A stretch of DNA of 64,000 nt, taken from Stegostoma tigrinum (lineage: Eukaryota). The number at the start of each line of letters is the position of its first letter. Position 1 is the stretch's first letter. This document shows positions 12,770 to 25,412 of this stretch, in pieces. The stretch covers positions 105,582,426 to 105,646,425 of the forward strand of contig NC_081354.1 in assembly GCF_030684315.1 (NCBI RefSeq), read 5' to 3'. The notes under the pieces were generated by a model. It saw only the letters and a program-made list of their open reading frames with translations. It had not been told where the DNA came from and ran no database searches. The position numbers were made by a program, and so were the translations under genes.

Positions 12770-13810
12770 ACTTTGTTTACTGTCTACTAACCAGCTTTCG
12801 ATCCATGGCAGTACACAATTCCCAATACCATGCGGTTTAATTTTATTTGATGATTTCTTATGTGGGACCTTATCAAAAGCTTTCTGAAAGTCGAAGTAAA
12901 TTGTATCTAGTGGTTCCTCCTTATCAAATCTGCTAGTTGGATCCTCAAAAAATTCCTGTAGATTTGTCAAGCATGATTTCCCTTTCACAAATCCCTGCTG
13001 ACTCTGTCCAATCCTGTCATTATTTTCCAGGTGCTCGGCTATTAATTTTTGTTTTCTTTATTCATTCATGGGATGAGGGATCACCGACTAGGCCAGCATT
13101 TATTGCCCATCCTAATTGCCCAGAGGTAAGTCCAGAATCACATGCAGCCCAAACCAGATAAGGACAGCAGTTTCCTTCCCTAAGGGACATTTGCCGGTGG
13201 GTTTTTCTGACAATCGGCAATGGATTCATGCTCAAACTCTTAATTCCAAATAATTATTGAATTCAAATTCCGCCATCTGCCATGGTGGGATTCAAACCCA
13301 GGTCCCTAGAACATTCGTTTCAGAGATAGTAGGGACTGCAGATGCTGGAGAATCTGAGATAACAAGGTGTAGAGCTGGATGAACACAGCAGGCCTAGCAG
13401 CATCTTAGGAGCAGGAAAGCTGACGTTTCAGGCCTAGGCCTTGGCCTGCTGTGTTCATCCAGCTCTACACCTTGTTATCTTCAGAACATTACTTGGATCT
13501 CTGGGTTAACAGTTCAGAGGCAATACCCCTAGGCTATCACCCTCCCACTAAATCTTTTATAATGAACTCTAGCATTTTCCCCTCTATTGATAACCACCCT
13601 CCAATGCCCTGCATTCTTTCTCCCTCCTGTTTTGAATAGTGGGGTTACATTAGTTACCCTCCAATCCATTAGAACTGTTCCAGGGTCTACAAGAACTTGA
13701 AAGATAACTACCAAACCATCCACTATTTCTTCGCCACTTCCTGAAATACTCTGGGATGTAAATTATTAGGCCCTGTGGATTTATTCACATTCTATCAATT
13801 TTCGTGAAAA
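12770..13810 (-). mobile_element. Old CR1-like RT fragment interrupted by a SINE
   Basis: KGKSCLTNL.EFFED..IYFDFQKAFDKVPH (12710-12988) and DWRVTNVTPLFK (13529-13723). Confidence 0.8.
13057..13535 (-). mobile_element. SacSINE/Deu-domain-like SINE with a palindromic Penelope-derived insert at about 13320-13481
   Basis: Reverse complement of the element at 52654. The insert has an inverted repeat (gataacaaggtgtagagctggatgaacacagcagg / cctgctgtgttcatccagctctacaccttgttatc) and a short duplication agaacatt (13308-13315, 13483-13490). Confidence 0.75.
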
Positions 13811-14784
13811 CATTTCAATACTGTCACTGAAGCAAGCCGTTCAGCCCATCAAGTCCACGCTAACCCTCCGAACAGCATACCACCCAGACCCACCCCCAAC
13901 CCTATCCCTGTAACCTACATTTCCCATGGCTAATCCACCCAGTCTGCACATCCCTGGACGCAATGGATAATTTAGAATGGCAAGTTCTTTAAATGTTTGC
14001 TATTGCCTATCCACCATTATCCCTTTAAGTAATATTCCCCAATTTATTGTAGCCAGCATTTACCTCATATCATTGTAGTTTCCTGTATTTAGATTAATTA
14101 ATCATTACACTCCTTCCCTGGGAAATTTACTGCCAAATGTGCATATGGATTCTTTTCTGATAAAGATAGACTGATAAGGGCATCTGATATGGTTCAGGAA
14201 TTTTTATTGTAAAATATAAGGAGCTGGATAATCAGCTAGGTATCGTTAATAGTTTGTGTAATACTTTCAAAAGGGGAGGGGCTTAGATTAGTTTACAGGT
14301 CGGCGTAACATCAAGGGCCGAAGGGCCTGTTCTGCGCTGTATTGTTCTGTGTTCTATGTTCTATGTTCATTATTGGCTTTGCAATGTCAGGAACCTGTTT
14401 GTGATCTCTAGAGAGCCCAGGAAAAAATCATGCATTGGTTTTTATTCAACATAGGAATGTATCAGTGTGTTCCCTTTCAATGCGGACTAATATGGAGATA
14501 AATGAAGAGCTTCCAATTTGAATTTATTAAATGTAATAAACACAGGGTACTATTGGGTCAGCGTGATAATTACTACATTCCATAGATTGCAACAGTGTCT
14601 TTCTCATAGCTAGATTTAAATGACTCCTCAAATTTTAACTCCAAGAGAAAACAAATTACAAATGACCTTTTTTTACCCTGCGCCTTAGAAATTCCCTTTG
14701 ACCAGTCATAGTAAATGAGCATCCTTCGTAACATGTTAGTACAATTAACACTGTTAATGTTGGTGATACATTGTATTTGCTTAC

Positions 14785-14830
14785 CTTGGACTACAAGAAT
14801 GATACTGAAGAAAAATAGGAAGACTTTCAT
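14785..14830 (-). CDS. Putative PGRP coding exon 1: signal peptide MKVFLFFFSIILVVQ(G)
   Basis: ATG at 14830-14828, hydrophobic signal-peptide-like stretch and strong donor CAAG|gtaagc. Phase 1 matches the G|GC junction of exon 2, giving ...VVQG-CPPII. An acceptor ttttcattttttag lies 8 nt upstream of the ATG, which suggests a further 5' UTR exon. Confidence 0.75.
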
Positions 14831-15724
14831 TCTCTAAACTAAAAAATGAAAACAGCAATTCAAAAATTAGCCCTTCAAAATAAATATGTTTGCCTCTTAA
14901 AAAATGACATAGATAATTTTCCAGGTTCAGTGTTATACTGAGTTAAGTTCATCTGCATATAATAATTCATAAGAATTAATTTTAGGAATTTTAAACTTGT
15001 GCAGTAACTCACAGTTATATTTCTGCTCAAACCATTTTTTGCATGTATTAACAGAGATAACACATACAAAGGTGAGCATAGCTACAATCATTACCTTGTG
15101 TTATTAGATAATCAGGAATTGAAGGCATTTGGTTTTCATATCTTCACGGAATGTGAGCCCAGTTTCCTAGATTCATATTTATTGCCTATGCCTAATAAAG
15201 CACCTTCTTGTGGGTAATATAGCTTCATTATTGATGGCATCATTCCAACAATGAAGTAAAAGGACATTTATCCAATTCCTGTTCTTGATCTTTCTATTCA
15301 ATTTTTGTTAGTCAATATAGTCAAACAATTCAGTGAATATTGTATATATCATGACTTGAACGTGTGAATGCAAATGAAGAAAAATTCATGCACTTGCTAA
15401 TCATTTTGTCTACACATAGTCATGTTGGGCTAATCCCTTATATCAGCCACTAAAATAAATCCTTGTATCACTATATGGTACACAAATTAAATTGATGGTA
15501 GCTGCCATGCCACCAACGAAGTCAAACATAATACACTAAACACTGTAAGAGGCAAGGAAACTCTGATCTCTACCATTTGTTCTGCTATGTAGCTTAGTCA
15601 GTAAACCAGTTCTGGGGAGTTACTGTTTGTTCATCAAGAGATATTCAGAATTAATGTGCATCATGTGCAAGAGACAATGTTTAATAGCTAAATAAAAACC
15701 AAAAGAATGTGCTCTGAAATAAGT

Positions 15725-16243
15725 GTTAATGGGAACTGCAGATGCTGGAGAATCCAAGATAATAAAATGTGAGGCTGGATGAACACAGCAGGCCCAGCAG
15801 CATCTCAGGAGCACAAAAGCTGACGTTTCGGGCCTAGACCCTTCATCAGAGAGGGGGATGGGGTGAGGGCTCTGGAATAAATAGGGAGAGAGGGGGAGGC
15901 GGACCGAAGATGGAGAGAAAAGAAGATAGGTGGAGAGGAGAGTATAGGTAGGGAGGTAGGGAGGGGATAGGTCAGTCCAGGGAAGACGGACAGGTCAAGG
16001 AGGTGGGATGAGGTTAGTAGGTAGGAAATGGAGGTGCGGCTTGGGGTGGGAGGAAGGGATGGGTGAGAGGAAGAACAGGTTAGGGAGGCAGAGACAGGTT
16101 GGACTGGTTTTGGGATGCAGTGGGTGAAGGGGAAGAGCTGGGCTGGTTTTGGGATGCGGTGGGGGAAGGGGAGATTTTGAAGCTGGTGCTCCTGAGATGC
16201 TGCTGGGCCTGCTGTGTTCATCCAGCCTCACATTTTATTATGT
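15725..16243 (-). mobile_element. Penelope-derived element (family A) with terminal inverted repeat and 17-bp target-site duplication
   Basis: TSD tgtgctctgaaataagt at 15708-15724 and 16244-16260. About 56-bp perfect inverted repeat 15758-15813 / 16186-16241. Confidence 0.88.
15819..15851 (-). ncRNA. Minimal (Penelope-type) hammerhead ribozyme motif
   Basis: Minus strand CT CTGATGA A GGGT CTAG GCCC GAAA CG TC AG: intact CUGAUGA and GAAA boxes, 4-bp stem II, palindromic ACGT stem III, GUC cleavage triplet; stem I only about 2 bp. Confidence 0.62.
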
Positions 16244-16599
16244 TGTGCTCTGAAATAAGTTTGGAAGCTGTTTTGCAGCATTGTGTTATTAAATGATAAG
16301 GCTTCAGCATTTAATCAGGGACCATATGAACTCCAAGCTATTATTATTCTCTTGGAACAGACTCATTATTCAACATTTGACATCATTTCTAACATATGCA
16401 CAAAATACCAATATTCAATAGCAAGTAATCAGTTAACAGAATCTTTATTTTGCAAGGAAAATACACAAAAGATTGAAAATGAAAATGAGAGAAACCATGA
16501 AGAATTATGAAAAATAACTTGCAGCTTACATAAAGATGCATCCCATAGTATTATTGACACTTAAACAGTAAAAGGACATTAAAATAAAGAGGAGGACTG

Positions 16600-18850
16600 A
16601 AGACAGGGATCATGGCCAAAGTATTAAAGTAATAATTTGACTCTGTTTTTGTCAGAGCAGCAGTTGATACCGAGAGCATGGTTACAGAGTAGAAAACTTA
16701 GTAACTAGAAAAGTTCAAAGTTTATAGGGAGGAGCTATCAGATAATCTGTTGATAATCAGAGTTGACAAAGTTTCTGGACCAAATGAGTTTAGTCAAACA
16801 GTATTGAAGGTAATCAGAGTGGAAATTGCAGAGGCACGAGCCATAATTATTCAGTGTTTCTTGGGTACAGGGATGGTGCCAGAGGACTGAAGAATTGCAA
16901 ACATTATGTTCTTGTTCAAAATTATTGTACGCATAATCCCAGCATAGAATCACACAATGCAGGAGACACGATTTGGCCCGTCAAGTCTGCACCATCGAAG
17001 CTACACTAAACCTATATTAGTCCCACTTTCCAGCATTATGCCCATAGCCTTGAATGTTATGACATTTCAAGTGCTCATCCAACTTCTTTTTAAAGGCTGT
17101 GAGGTTTACCACCTCAACTACTCTGCCCGGCAGTGCATTCTAGTTTCCCACCACCTTCTGGGTGAATTTTGTTTTTGTCAAATCCCCTCTAAACCTCTTA
17201 CCTTTCACTTTAAAATTATGTCCCTTAGCGGTTGACCCTTCCAGTAAGGGGAATTACAGACCATTTAGTTTAACTTCAGTAGTGGGGAAACTCCTGGAAT
17301 CAATCATTTCACTTAGAATTTGTTTAATTCACTCCTGGGATTTGGGAATCACTGCTGGATAAATATTTATTACCTGTCCCCCATTGCCCTTGAGAAGGTG
17401 GTGGTGAGCTGCTTTCTTGAACTACTGCAGTCCATGTGGGTAACCCCATATTGCCATTACGGTGGAAATTCCAGGATTTTGACCCAGCGATTGTGGAGGA
17501 ACAGTGATATATTTCCAAGTCAGGATGGTAGGTGGCTTGGAGGGGAATTTGCAGGTGGTGGTGATCCTTTGTATTACTGCCCTTGTTCTTCTAGATGGAA
17601 TTAGTCATGGGTTAGAAAGGTGGTGCCTGAGGATCTTTGATGAATTTCTGCAGTGCATCTTATTGTCATTTGTGGGCTAATTAGGGAGAGCCAGCATGGC
17701 CTTCCAAAGGCGACATCATGTTTGACTGGATTGTTTGAGTTTTTTGAAGAGATAAGAGTGTGAATGAAGGGTAACATATAAGACATTTGACACAACAGAC
17801 TTATGGGTAAAATTATAGGTCATGGAATAAATAGTACAATAGCAATGTGGATGAAAAATTGGCTGGGTGATAGGAAACAGAGAGTAATAGTCAATGCATA
17901 TTTTTCAAGCTGGAAGAAGGTTTCTGTTGGAATTGCCCAGGGATTGATATTGTGACCATTGCTTTTCTTGATATATATTAATGACTTTGACCTTTATGTC
18001 CAAGAGCCAGCTTCAAAATTTGTGAATGATACAAAATTCAAAACGTTTGTAAACTGTGAGGTGGACAGTAAGAACTTCAAAAGGACAGAGACAAGCTCAC
18101 AGAGTGGGCAGACTGTTAAAAGATGAAGTGCAATGTAGAGAAAAGTGAGGTAATGCACTTTAGTAGAAAGATCTTGAACAGACAATATAAAAGGGCATTA
18201 TTCTAAAGGGAATGCATGAGCAGAGGGACCTGGCTGTGTTGTGCTCAGGTCACTGAAGGTAGCACAGCAGGAGGAGAGAGTACATGATAAAACATCCTGG
18301 GCTTCATTAGCAGGGACAAGAGCACGGAGGTGATGCTGAACTTCTACAAAGCAGTTGTTAGATCTCAGCTGGAGTATTGTGTATAGTTCTGGGCATTACA
18401 GCTAACAGGATAAGAATGTATCGGAAAGAATGCAGAAGAGATATACAAAACGGAAGATAGATTGAAGAGGGTAAGATTGTTTATCTTGCAGAAAAGGCTG
18501 AGGGGACATCAGTTTTCAAAATCATGAGGGGTCTGGATTGAGTGAATAGAAGAACCTATTTGTAAAAGGATGGTGAATGAGAGGGCACAGATTTAAAGTG
18601 ATTTGTAAAGTAGCAAATATCATTCAGAAAACAACTTATCCACACAGAGTGGTTCAGAGTTGGAATGCACTACCTGGAAATGTGCTGGAGGTAGGTTCAA
18701 TCGAGATATCCAAGAGGGCATTGGATGACTAGCTGAATAGAAACAATGAGCAAGAATCTGGGGAAGGGTCACCAGGTCATAATGCTCATTGGGGAGTCAG
18801 TCCAGAAACCATAGGCTGAATGGCCTACTCTGTACCAATTCCGTGATTCT
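16600..18850 (+). mobile_element. Decayed CR1-like LINE ORF2 with two antisense LINE-tail insertions (about 16945-17250, 17320-17665)
   Basis: Remnants of GNYRPFSLTSVVGKLLE, SQHG..K..SCLT, QLEYCV.FW and a typical CR1 tail near 18820-18850. Confidence 0.75.
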
Positions 18851-20519
18851 GTGACAGCTTTCTGTTCAGGGCAATTTGCTGATGTCTGAGGCTCCTTCCT
18901 CAATTGGGAACTGTCTTGGAGAAAAGGCAGAGTCCCATCCAGACACCACCCTTGGATGAAAGGAGCAGCGCAAGAGGCAAGTACCATCCACAGTCCTGGA
19001 TTCAAGATTCCTCAGACAAGAGCGCATGGCAGGAACTCGCTGTTCCTGGATTTCACTAAAATCTGGGCAAGGAATTGGAATATTTCAATTTAGCGTCCTG
19101 CAGGGTGCTTTCACTCAGCTGGGGCAAAAGCAATTAAGTTGGTGCACAGTGCAAGAGGATTTTACACTTTTAAATTGCAAAAGTATACGTTATTCCTAAA
19201 AGATATCTATACATATATACACACACAGGTACTGGCGCAGTGGTGTACTGTCTTGGCTTGTAACGAAAAACAGACATTGGAATTTGATATCAAACAGAGT
19301 TGTAAAACCAATGGCATTGAGACAACATCTTTCTAACCAGCCTGTTCAGGCCGATTTTACGTTACTCTGCAATAGGCCCCGGGCGTGCCTGCCCTGGCGC
19401 CAGCTCCTGAGAGGCGCCAGTATATTCCCACTGTCGTTTCAACAAGCATATTGTGTTAACTTTCCAGTTCTATCACGTTTGAATGAAAGTTTTAAATACT
19501 GATGTTGTTACTTCGAAAGTGAATTCGTATTAATCGAGAAAGTATCAGCGTTCCTCAGCCACCCGGGGCACAATTCAGGTGTTAGGGGCATTGCCGATAA
19601 CTGCGACGTGCTATTTAAATTGAAGTTTAAAATTGACCAACTTTAACATTTAAAAACAGCTTTGGAGCTTCTCGGATTGCCTCGCGGTTTTGGAATGGAA
19701 GAAGGAGTTTTTGCCTTTCTGCTTGGCGTTTCACTCATTCCTGAAGTTCACATTCACAACAAAACTGCTCGTTTTGTCTGCAGCTCCGCGGACATCAACA
19801 GCTCATCTACGTTAATTCTTTCCCTTCATTTCAAGGACGCGGAAGCATTGATCCTCCACAGAAAACCTTCCCTGATCACCAGTGGGAAACGAAATTCTCT
19901 TCCACTCTCCCTGCAAACCCTCCCTGCTCTAGGGTTAGCATTCAAGGACAGTTTGTCAAGTGCGTTAACTGGGAGGAGAACAAAACGGTCGGCCAAATGC
20001 AATTAAATCAGGGAAAGGAAACAATTACTTTCGGGAAAAGGAATCCGCTTTCTGTGATTGCAGGCTGATTGATTTTTGGTGTAAATAATGAGTGGGTTTG
20101 TGCCCTCCCAGGCAGACTGGCACAGTCACTGGCCGTGGGGTTGACAGGGTGTGGGGACACTGCATTGAGCAATTCCATCAAACTGACCTTTCCCTGAGCA
20201 CCCCCCCGCCATCCTCACCCCACACCCAGCGGCCAGGCACCAAGCAGGCCGGACCGCTTCTACATCTCAGTCCATCCTCCGCGTCTTTGTCCTTCCCTTC
20301 AAAATAGAACTTGGATTTTGTTAGAAGTCTAATATGAGAGGCTTTGTCGCAATTTTGTTGCTTTGTTTTTCTCATTTGCGAAATGAAACTTCAGCGTAAC
20401 TCGAAAACAGAAAGAGCCGGGAGCTGCTGAGCAGAGGCAGCGCTCTGAAAGCATTTTTAAGAAGATGCTAATCACGTTCCTTGGTTCTCGCTCCAACACG
20501 ATCGAGAGCTCTCGGCTCA

Positions 20520-20597
20520 CCAATAAAAATCCCACTGGAAGAAACCATTGACTGCTGTTCTCCCGGGAAAGTGGATTTCACTGAGCTCCTATAAATA
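20520..20597 (+). promoter_or_regulatory. SLC10A4 core promoter: CCAAT and TATA box
   Basis: CCAAT at 20520-20524 and TATAAATA at 20590-20597, about 50 nt upstream of the ATG, in a CpG-richer repeat-free region. Confidence 0.6.
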
Positions 20598-20647
20598 CAG
20601 CTGGAGGGGAGCTAGGGAGCCCGGGCACTAGGTATACCCTCGGTGAG

Positions 20648-21144
20648 ATGGAAAACGACACTTCAGCAGAAAATGTGACTTGGGAAGCCCCAACTTCCTC
20701 CGCAATGTTGAATCTCACTGACTACCGGAATGGCACTGCTGTAAATGTCAGTAATGTGACTGGGGTTGAGGTGACCAGCGCCTGGAGCCAAGGAGCTTCA
20801 GCCTCAGATGATGTTGACCGTGCTCCTGTGGTCTGGGCTGCCTGGGAGCCCCTCCTCAGCCAATGGATCAATGTGCTAGTGGCGGGGGTGCTGAGCATCA
20901 CCATGCTGGGCCTGGGCTGTACTGTACAAGTCCGCCAGCTCGGACAGCACCTCCGCAGCCCCGTGGCCCCGCTGCTCGCTGCCGCCTCCCAGTTTGTGAT
21001 CATGCCCCTGGTGGCTTTCCTCTTGGCCCTGGCCTTCTCCCTGGGCGAGGTCGCAGCCACAGCGGTGCTGCTGTGTGGTTGTTGTCCCGGGGGCAATCTC
21101 TCCAACATCCTCTCCCTGCTGGTTCACGGAGACATGAACCTCAG
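20648..21144 (+). CDS. SLC10A4: Sodium/bile acid cotransporter family member 4, exon 1
   Basis: N-glycosylation-rich N-terminus, [48 protein letters not shown]; donor AG|gtaagc. Confidence 0.95.
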
Positions 21145-21748
21145 GTAAGCCGCCCCTCTGCAACCAGTCACTCCAGCTCATTCCCAGTCTCCCACCAAAT
21201 CCTGGTAGATCGCCCGCACCAAAGTGAGCTAAAGAAAGGCCTTAAAACATTCCCAGCCGTTTGTACCTGGGAAGTTGAGATCAGGAATGGCGTGAAGGAG
21301 CCGGGCAACAGCTGGGGCCAGACTCTGGTCTCACATCCCATCGCGAATAAGCTATCAACTCCTTGGAAATGAGACTTGGTCTCCAGGGCGGAGGAGCGGG
21401 GCCACTGGAATTAGCGGAATTATCAGTGAGGGGTGAACGTAAAGGAGTGGGGTGCAGCTGAGGGAGTGGGTGTATGAGTGTAGACAATGGGGGAGAGTGA
21501 GTGGTGTTAGTGAGGGAGGATGCAGAAGTGAAGGTGGGTGGAGGTATGTGCAGGCTGCAGACAATGTTAAGGAGATGGTGGGGATGAGTACAGAATTAAA
21601 TCTTCTTTGTCGCAGAGACAGTACTGCTTGGCTCCACACTGCTTTGGGTGGAGAATGATAGTGTAGACAGTGAGTAAACTGTGGTGCTGCACACTAACCT
21701 GATGCCGCATTGTTCAGTCTAATTTATTTTGTCCTTTCTTTTCTTTAG

Positions 21749-21959
21749 CATAATCATGACTATCTCTTCCACACTTCTGGCCCTCCTGCTGATGCCCTTG
21801 TGTCTATGGATTTACAGCCGAGCCTGGATTAATACCCCTGTTGTTCAGCTCATGCCCTTCGGTGCAATAATTCTTACACTATGTGGCACTCTAATTCCGA
21901 TTGGGCTCGGGGTCTTCATCAGATACAGATACAACAGAGCAGCAGACTTTCTCCTTAAG
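21749..21959 (+). CDS. SLC10A4: SLC10A4 exon 2
   Basis: Acceptor ttctttag|C, donor AAG|gtatgg; IIMTISSTLLALLLMPLCLWIYSRAWINTPVVQLMPFG...LIPIGLGVFIRYRY; phases match both neighbours. Confidence 0.95.
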
Positions 21960-24267
21960 GTATGGTGACTGGAAAGGTTTAAGCTTGTTGAGATCGTTTG
22001 AAACCATCCTCTTTTGTTGTTCATACTATGCAAATCTGGTCAAAGAGCAGAACCTTTAGGCTTCTTCAGAATAACACAGGCTTTGTAGTGAATCATATGA
22101 AATTTTAAAAATGAATCACAGTCATTAAAGATAACCTGATCGTGTGAACATTGACAAAAGCATAAAATAAGTTTTCTTTTTAACAAATACTGTCAGTAAT
22201 GATTACATTTAAAGGTTTGCCTTGCAACAGAACTGATATCACAATGATGAAATCATCTCATCACCAGTAGACTCCATTAGAAATTCATCCAGTCAGTACA
22301 ATTACATAATAATTAATTATTATAAAGGAGTTTTGACTGAAGATCTAAATGGTTTTTCTAGGGTTTGCTCACATTTTAAGAATTTTTCCTTTCAAAGCAT
22401 TGCCAGTCAAATTGACATAATGAAACTCCAGTCTCTTCCATTGTGATATACAATGCACATGACAAACAGATCCTACAATAGTTGAACTTTTACAGGTCTG
22501 TCAAAGAAGTTGGCTTCATGTGTTGAACACTGAGAACAAAAATCACAAATTAACAGATAATTGAGATCAGAACCACAAGAAACTCTGAGCAGATCAGGCA
22601 GTAAATGTGGATAAAACATGCAATTTTATGTTCAGGGTGTGAACCCTTCAAAGACAGTTTTGGCCAGTTGCAGTCCCACTCTGCCCACCTTACTGGGAGG
22701 GAATTACATTTATATGCTCAGATAAAAGTGAAATGTTTAACACAACTGCTGACATTTTAGTCTGGAAAGAGTAGACCATATAATTTCTTTTGTAATAATA
22801 TTAAAGTGTTCTTATTGTATAAGGTGCCTAGAGATCCAAAAGACCATTTCAAACATTTCTTCACATTTAAGTAGGGGTTTGTACTCACCTTGTGTAAAGC
22901 TTAAATCATGTGAGAGAGCACATTAGCAATATTTCTATGACTATAACTGTAGTTCTCTATTAACCTCCTTCAAATGAATCTCATATAAGGTCTCAATCAC
23001 AGTTTTCTTCAGCAAAAGTCTAACATTTTAAATGAAAACAAAGATTTAAGCATAGTATTATTATGTTTCTCACTGCTGTGAAATGCCAATAAAATCAATA
23101 CATTTTATACTAAAGAACAGAGTTCTGGTGCAGATGGTGGCACTCTGTCGTCTGAATCAGACGGCTGTGGGGTCATGGGCAATGATCAGATTGTCTACTT
23201 AATCTATGCTGACCTTAATGCAGTTTTTGTTGTCCTTTCGAATTGATTTAAAGAGATACAATGTATTTCTGAGATTCGAGCAGTTTTTAAAATCTTACAG
23301 CACTATATTATCTTAATAATTAAGATATGAAAGTATTGTAAAAGAAAAATATGTACCACAACTTACATGTCTTTCAGGACTGTTCTTTTAGCCTGAGGTT
23401 GTTGAACATAAAAGGCAAGCTATATAATCATATCAATGCAGTACAACTGTGAACTAAAACTTCAAGTTCCTCTGACAAGACTACTTGGTTGAAACTTTGG
23501 CTTTGAGACTACTTATTTTACTTTCATAAAGTATAACCGGAATTCCTGCCCTCTGTAAAATATTTCAAATGCAGGTTTCAGTTTTGGATGATCTTGTGAA
23601 ATGTTTGCTTCATTACATAATTTCGTAGTTTTATATTGTGTTATTCTCTCTTCCTCTTTATATCAAAAGATTTATAATTTTCTTCAAGGTACTATTAGAA
23701 AATCTGGTAAATGCTGCTATTTGCCTGTGGTGAGTATAAGTTTGAAGAGCAGAAATTAAATGTGACCCAAGTAAATATATTACAGAAACCCACAGGATGG
23801 CAACTCTCAAATTTCTTTTGGCAATGTAAATGGGAACTGTACTTCTGAATTAATTTATACTTCAGTCTCTTTGAGCAAGATTATCCAGGACCACGGTGAA
23901 ATTACACCTGGAGCACTGTGTACAGGTTAGCCTTCAAATGGAAGGAAGGATGTACATACTGTGGAGCAAATACATGGTTACAATTCATTAGGTGGATTCC
24001 TAAAATGTTCTCTGGGAAGGGGTTTAGTAGATGAAGTCCATATTACCTAGAATTTAGAAGAATGAAAGAGGATCTTGTGGAAACATGCAGTATAACATTA
24101 TTAAGAGCTTGACAGGGAGAATTCTGGGAGGTGTTTTCCCTGGTTGGATCACAGTCACAGAATAAGGGGTCAGTTCCTTACCTGTATACAATTTCACTCA
24201 TTCTCTTGGAGTCAAAATAGCAGTCATAGTTGTTGGTCTTTTGTATTAAGTTAAATTTTAATGAACT

Positions 24268-24838
24268 TTGGATGTGAGTTTGCTCGCTGAGCTGGAAGGT
24301 TAGTTTTCAGACATTTCGTCACCATTCTAGGTAACATCATCAGTGAGCCTCCGACGAAGCGCTGGTGTTATGTCCCGCTTTCTATTTATCTGTTTAGGTT
24401 TCCTTGGGTTGGTGATGTCATTTCCTGTTCTTTTTCTCAGGGGATGGTAGATTGGCTCCAAGTCAATGTGTTTGTTGATGCAGTTCCGGTTGGAATGCCA
24501 TGCTTCTAGGAATTCTCGTGCATGTCTCTGTTTGGCTTGTCCTAGAATGGATGTGTGTCCCAATCAAAGTGGTGTCCTTCCTTATCTGTATGTAAGGATA
24601 TGAGTGATAGTGGGTCACGTCGTTTTGTGGCTAGTTGATGTTCATGTATCCTGGTGGCTAGCTTCCTGCCAGTTTGTCCAATGTAGTGTTTGTCACAGTT
24701 CTTGCAAGGTATTTTGTAGATGACGTTCGTTTTATTTGTTGTCTGTATAGGGTCTTTTAAGTTCATTAGCTGCTGTTTTAGTGTGTTGGTGGGTTTGTGG
24801 GCTACCCTGATGCCAAGGGTTCCGAGTAGTCTGGCAGT
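24268..24838 (-). mobile_element. Penelope-like element (Poseidon-type) 3' fragment, GIY-YIG endonuclease
   Basis: TNVIYKIPCKNCDKHYIGQTGRKLATRIHEH...FDW, then after a frameshift AREFLEAWHS...INKHIDL.PIY. Confidence 0.88.
24307..24346 (-). ncRNA. Minimal hammerhead ribozyme motif (family B)
   Basis: Minus strand TCA CTGATGA T GTTACC TAGAAT GGTGAC GAAA TG TC TGA: stem I TCA/TGA, 6-bp stem II with one G-U, both catalytic boxes, GUC triplet; TG is a probable CpG decay of CG in stem III. Confidence 0.72.
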
Positions 24839-25073
24839 TAATGAACTTTATTACTCTGAAATTTACAGGATCAATCAATGATTTTCCTTGCTTGGGAAAA
24901 TGCATTATTTGGGTCACCAACCATTGCTAGTGTGAATTATATCCTGTGGTTCACTTGAATCAGTCCTGCAGATTTTGTCAAGCCTGTTAAGTGTTTTTGG
25001 AGCTAGGCAGGTGGAGAATATTCCATCATACTCCTGAATTATGACTTGTGGGCATTTTTGGGCGTATTTTTCT

Positions 25074-25412
25074 TTATTCATTTCTTTTTTCATTCACGGG
25101 ATGAGGGTGTTGCTGGTTAGGCAGCATTTATTGTCCATCCTAATTACCCAGAGGGCAGTTAAGAGTCAACCACTTTGCTGTGGGTCTGGAGTCACATTAG
25201 ACCAGACCAGATAAGGATGGTATCTCCTTCCCTGAAGGGCATTAGTGAATCAGACAGGATTTGCCAACAATCAACAGTGGATTCACGGTCATCATTAGAT
25301 TCTGAATTCAAATTCCACCATCTGCCATGGCAGGATTTGAACCTGGCTCCCCAGAATGTTATCTGGGTCTCTGGATTAACAGTCAATTGACAATACCACT
25401 AGGCCATGGCCT
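25074..25412 (-). mobile_element. SacSINE/Deu-domain-like SINE
   Basis: Reverse complement of 52654-53003 (tRNA-like head ggcctagtggtatt...gttcaaatcc, body, tgaatgaa tail). Confidence 0.8.

Noticed and set aside
15091-15130. Possible PGRP 5' UTR exon ending at donor CAAG|gtaatg (15095)
   Set aside because: Plausible given the acceptor at 14839, but no independent support from sequence alone.
15725-16243. DNA-transposon MITE interpretation of the palindromic elements
   Set aside because: TSD lengths vary (8-17 bp), arm lengths are unequal between copies, and the sequence is the 3' terminus of RT/GIY-YIG Penelope elements.
19930-19955. RE1/NRSE-like site upstream of SLC10A4 (ttagcattcaaggacag); half-site at about 21680
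   Set aside because: Left half mismatched with wrong spacing; the second has no GGACAG half.
20722-21372. Overlapping and antisense ORFs across SLC10A4 exon 1 (and ZAR1 exon 1)
   Set aside because: Expected by-product of GC-rich coding sequence; no motifs or splice support.
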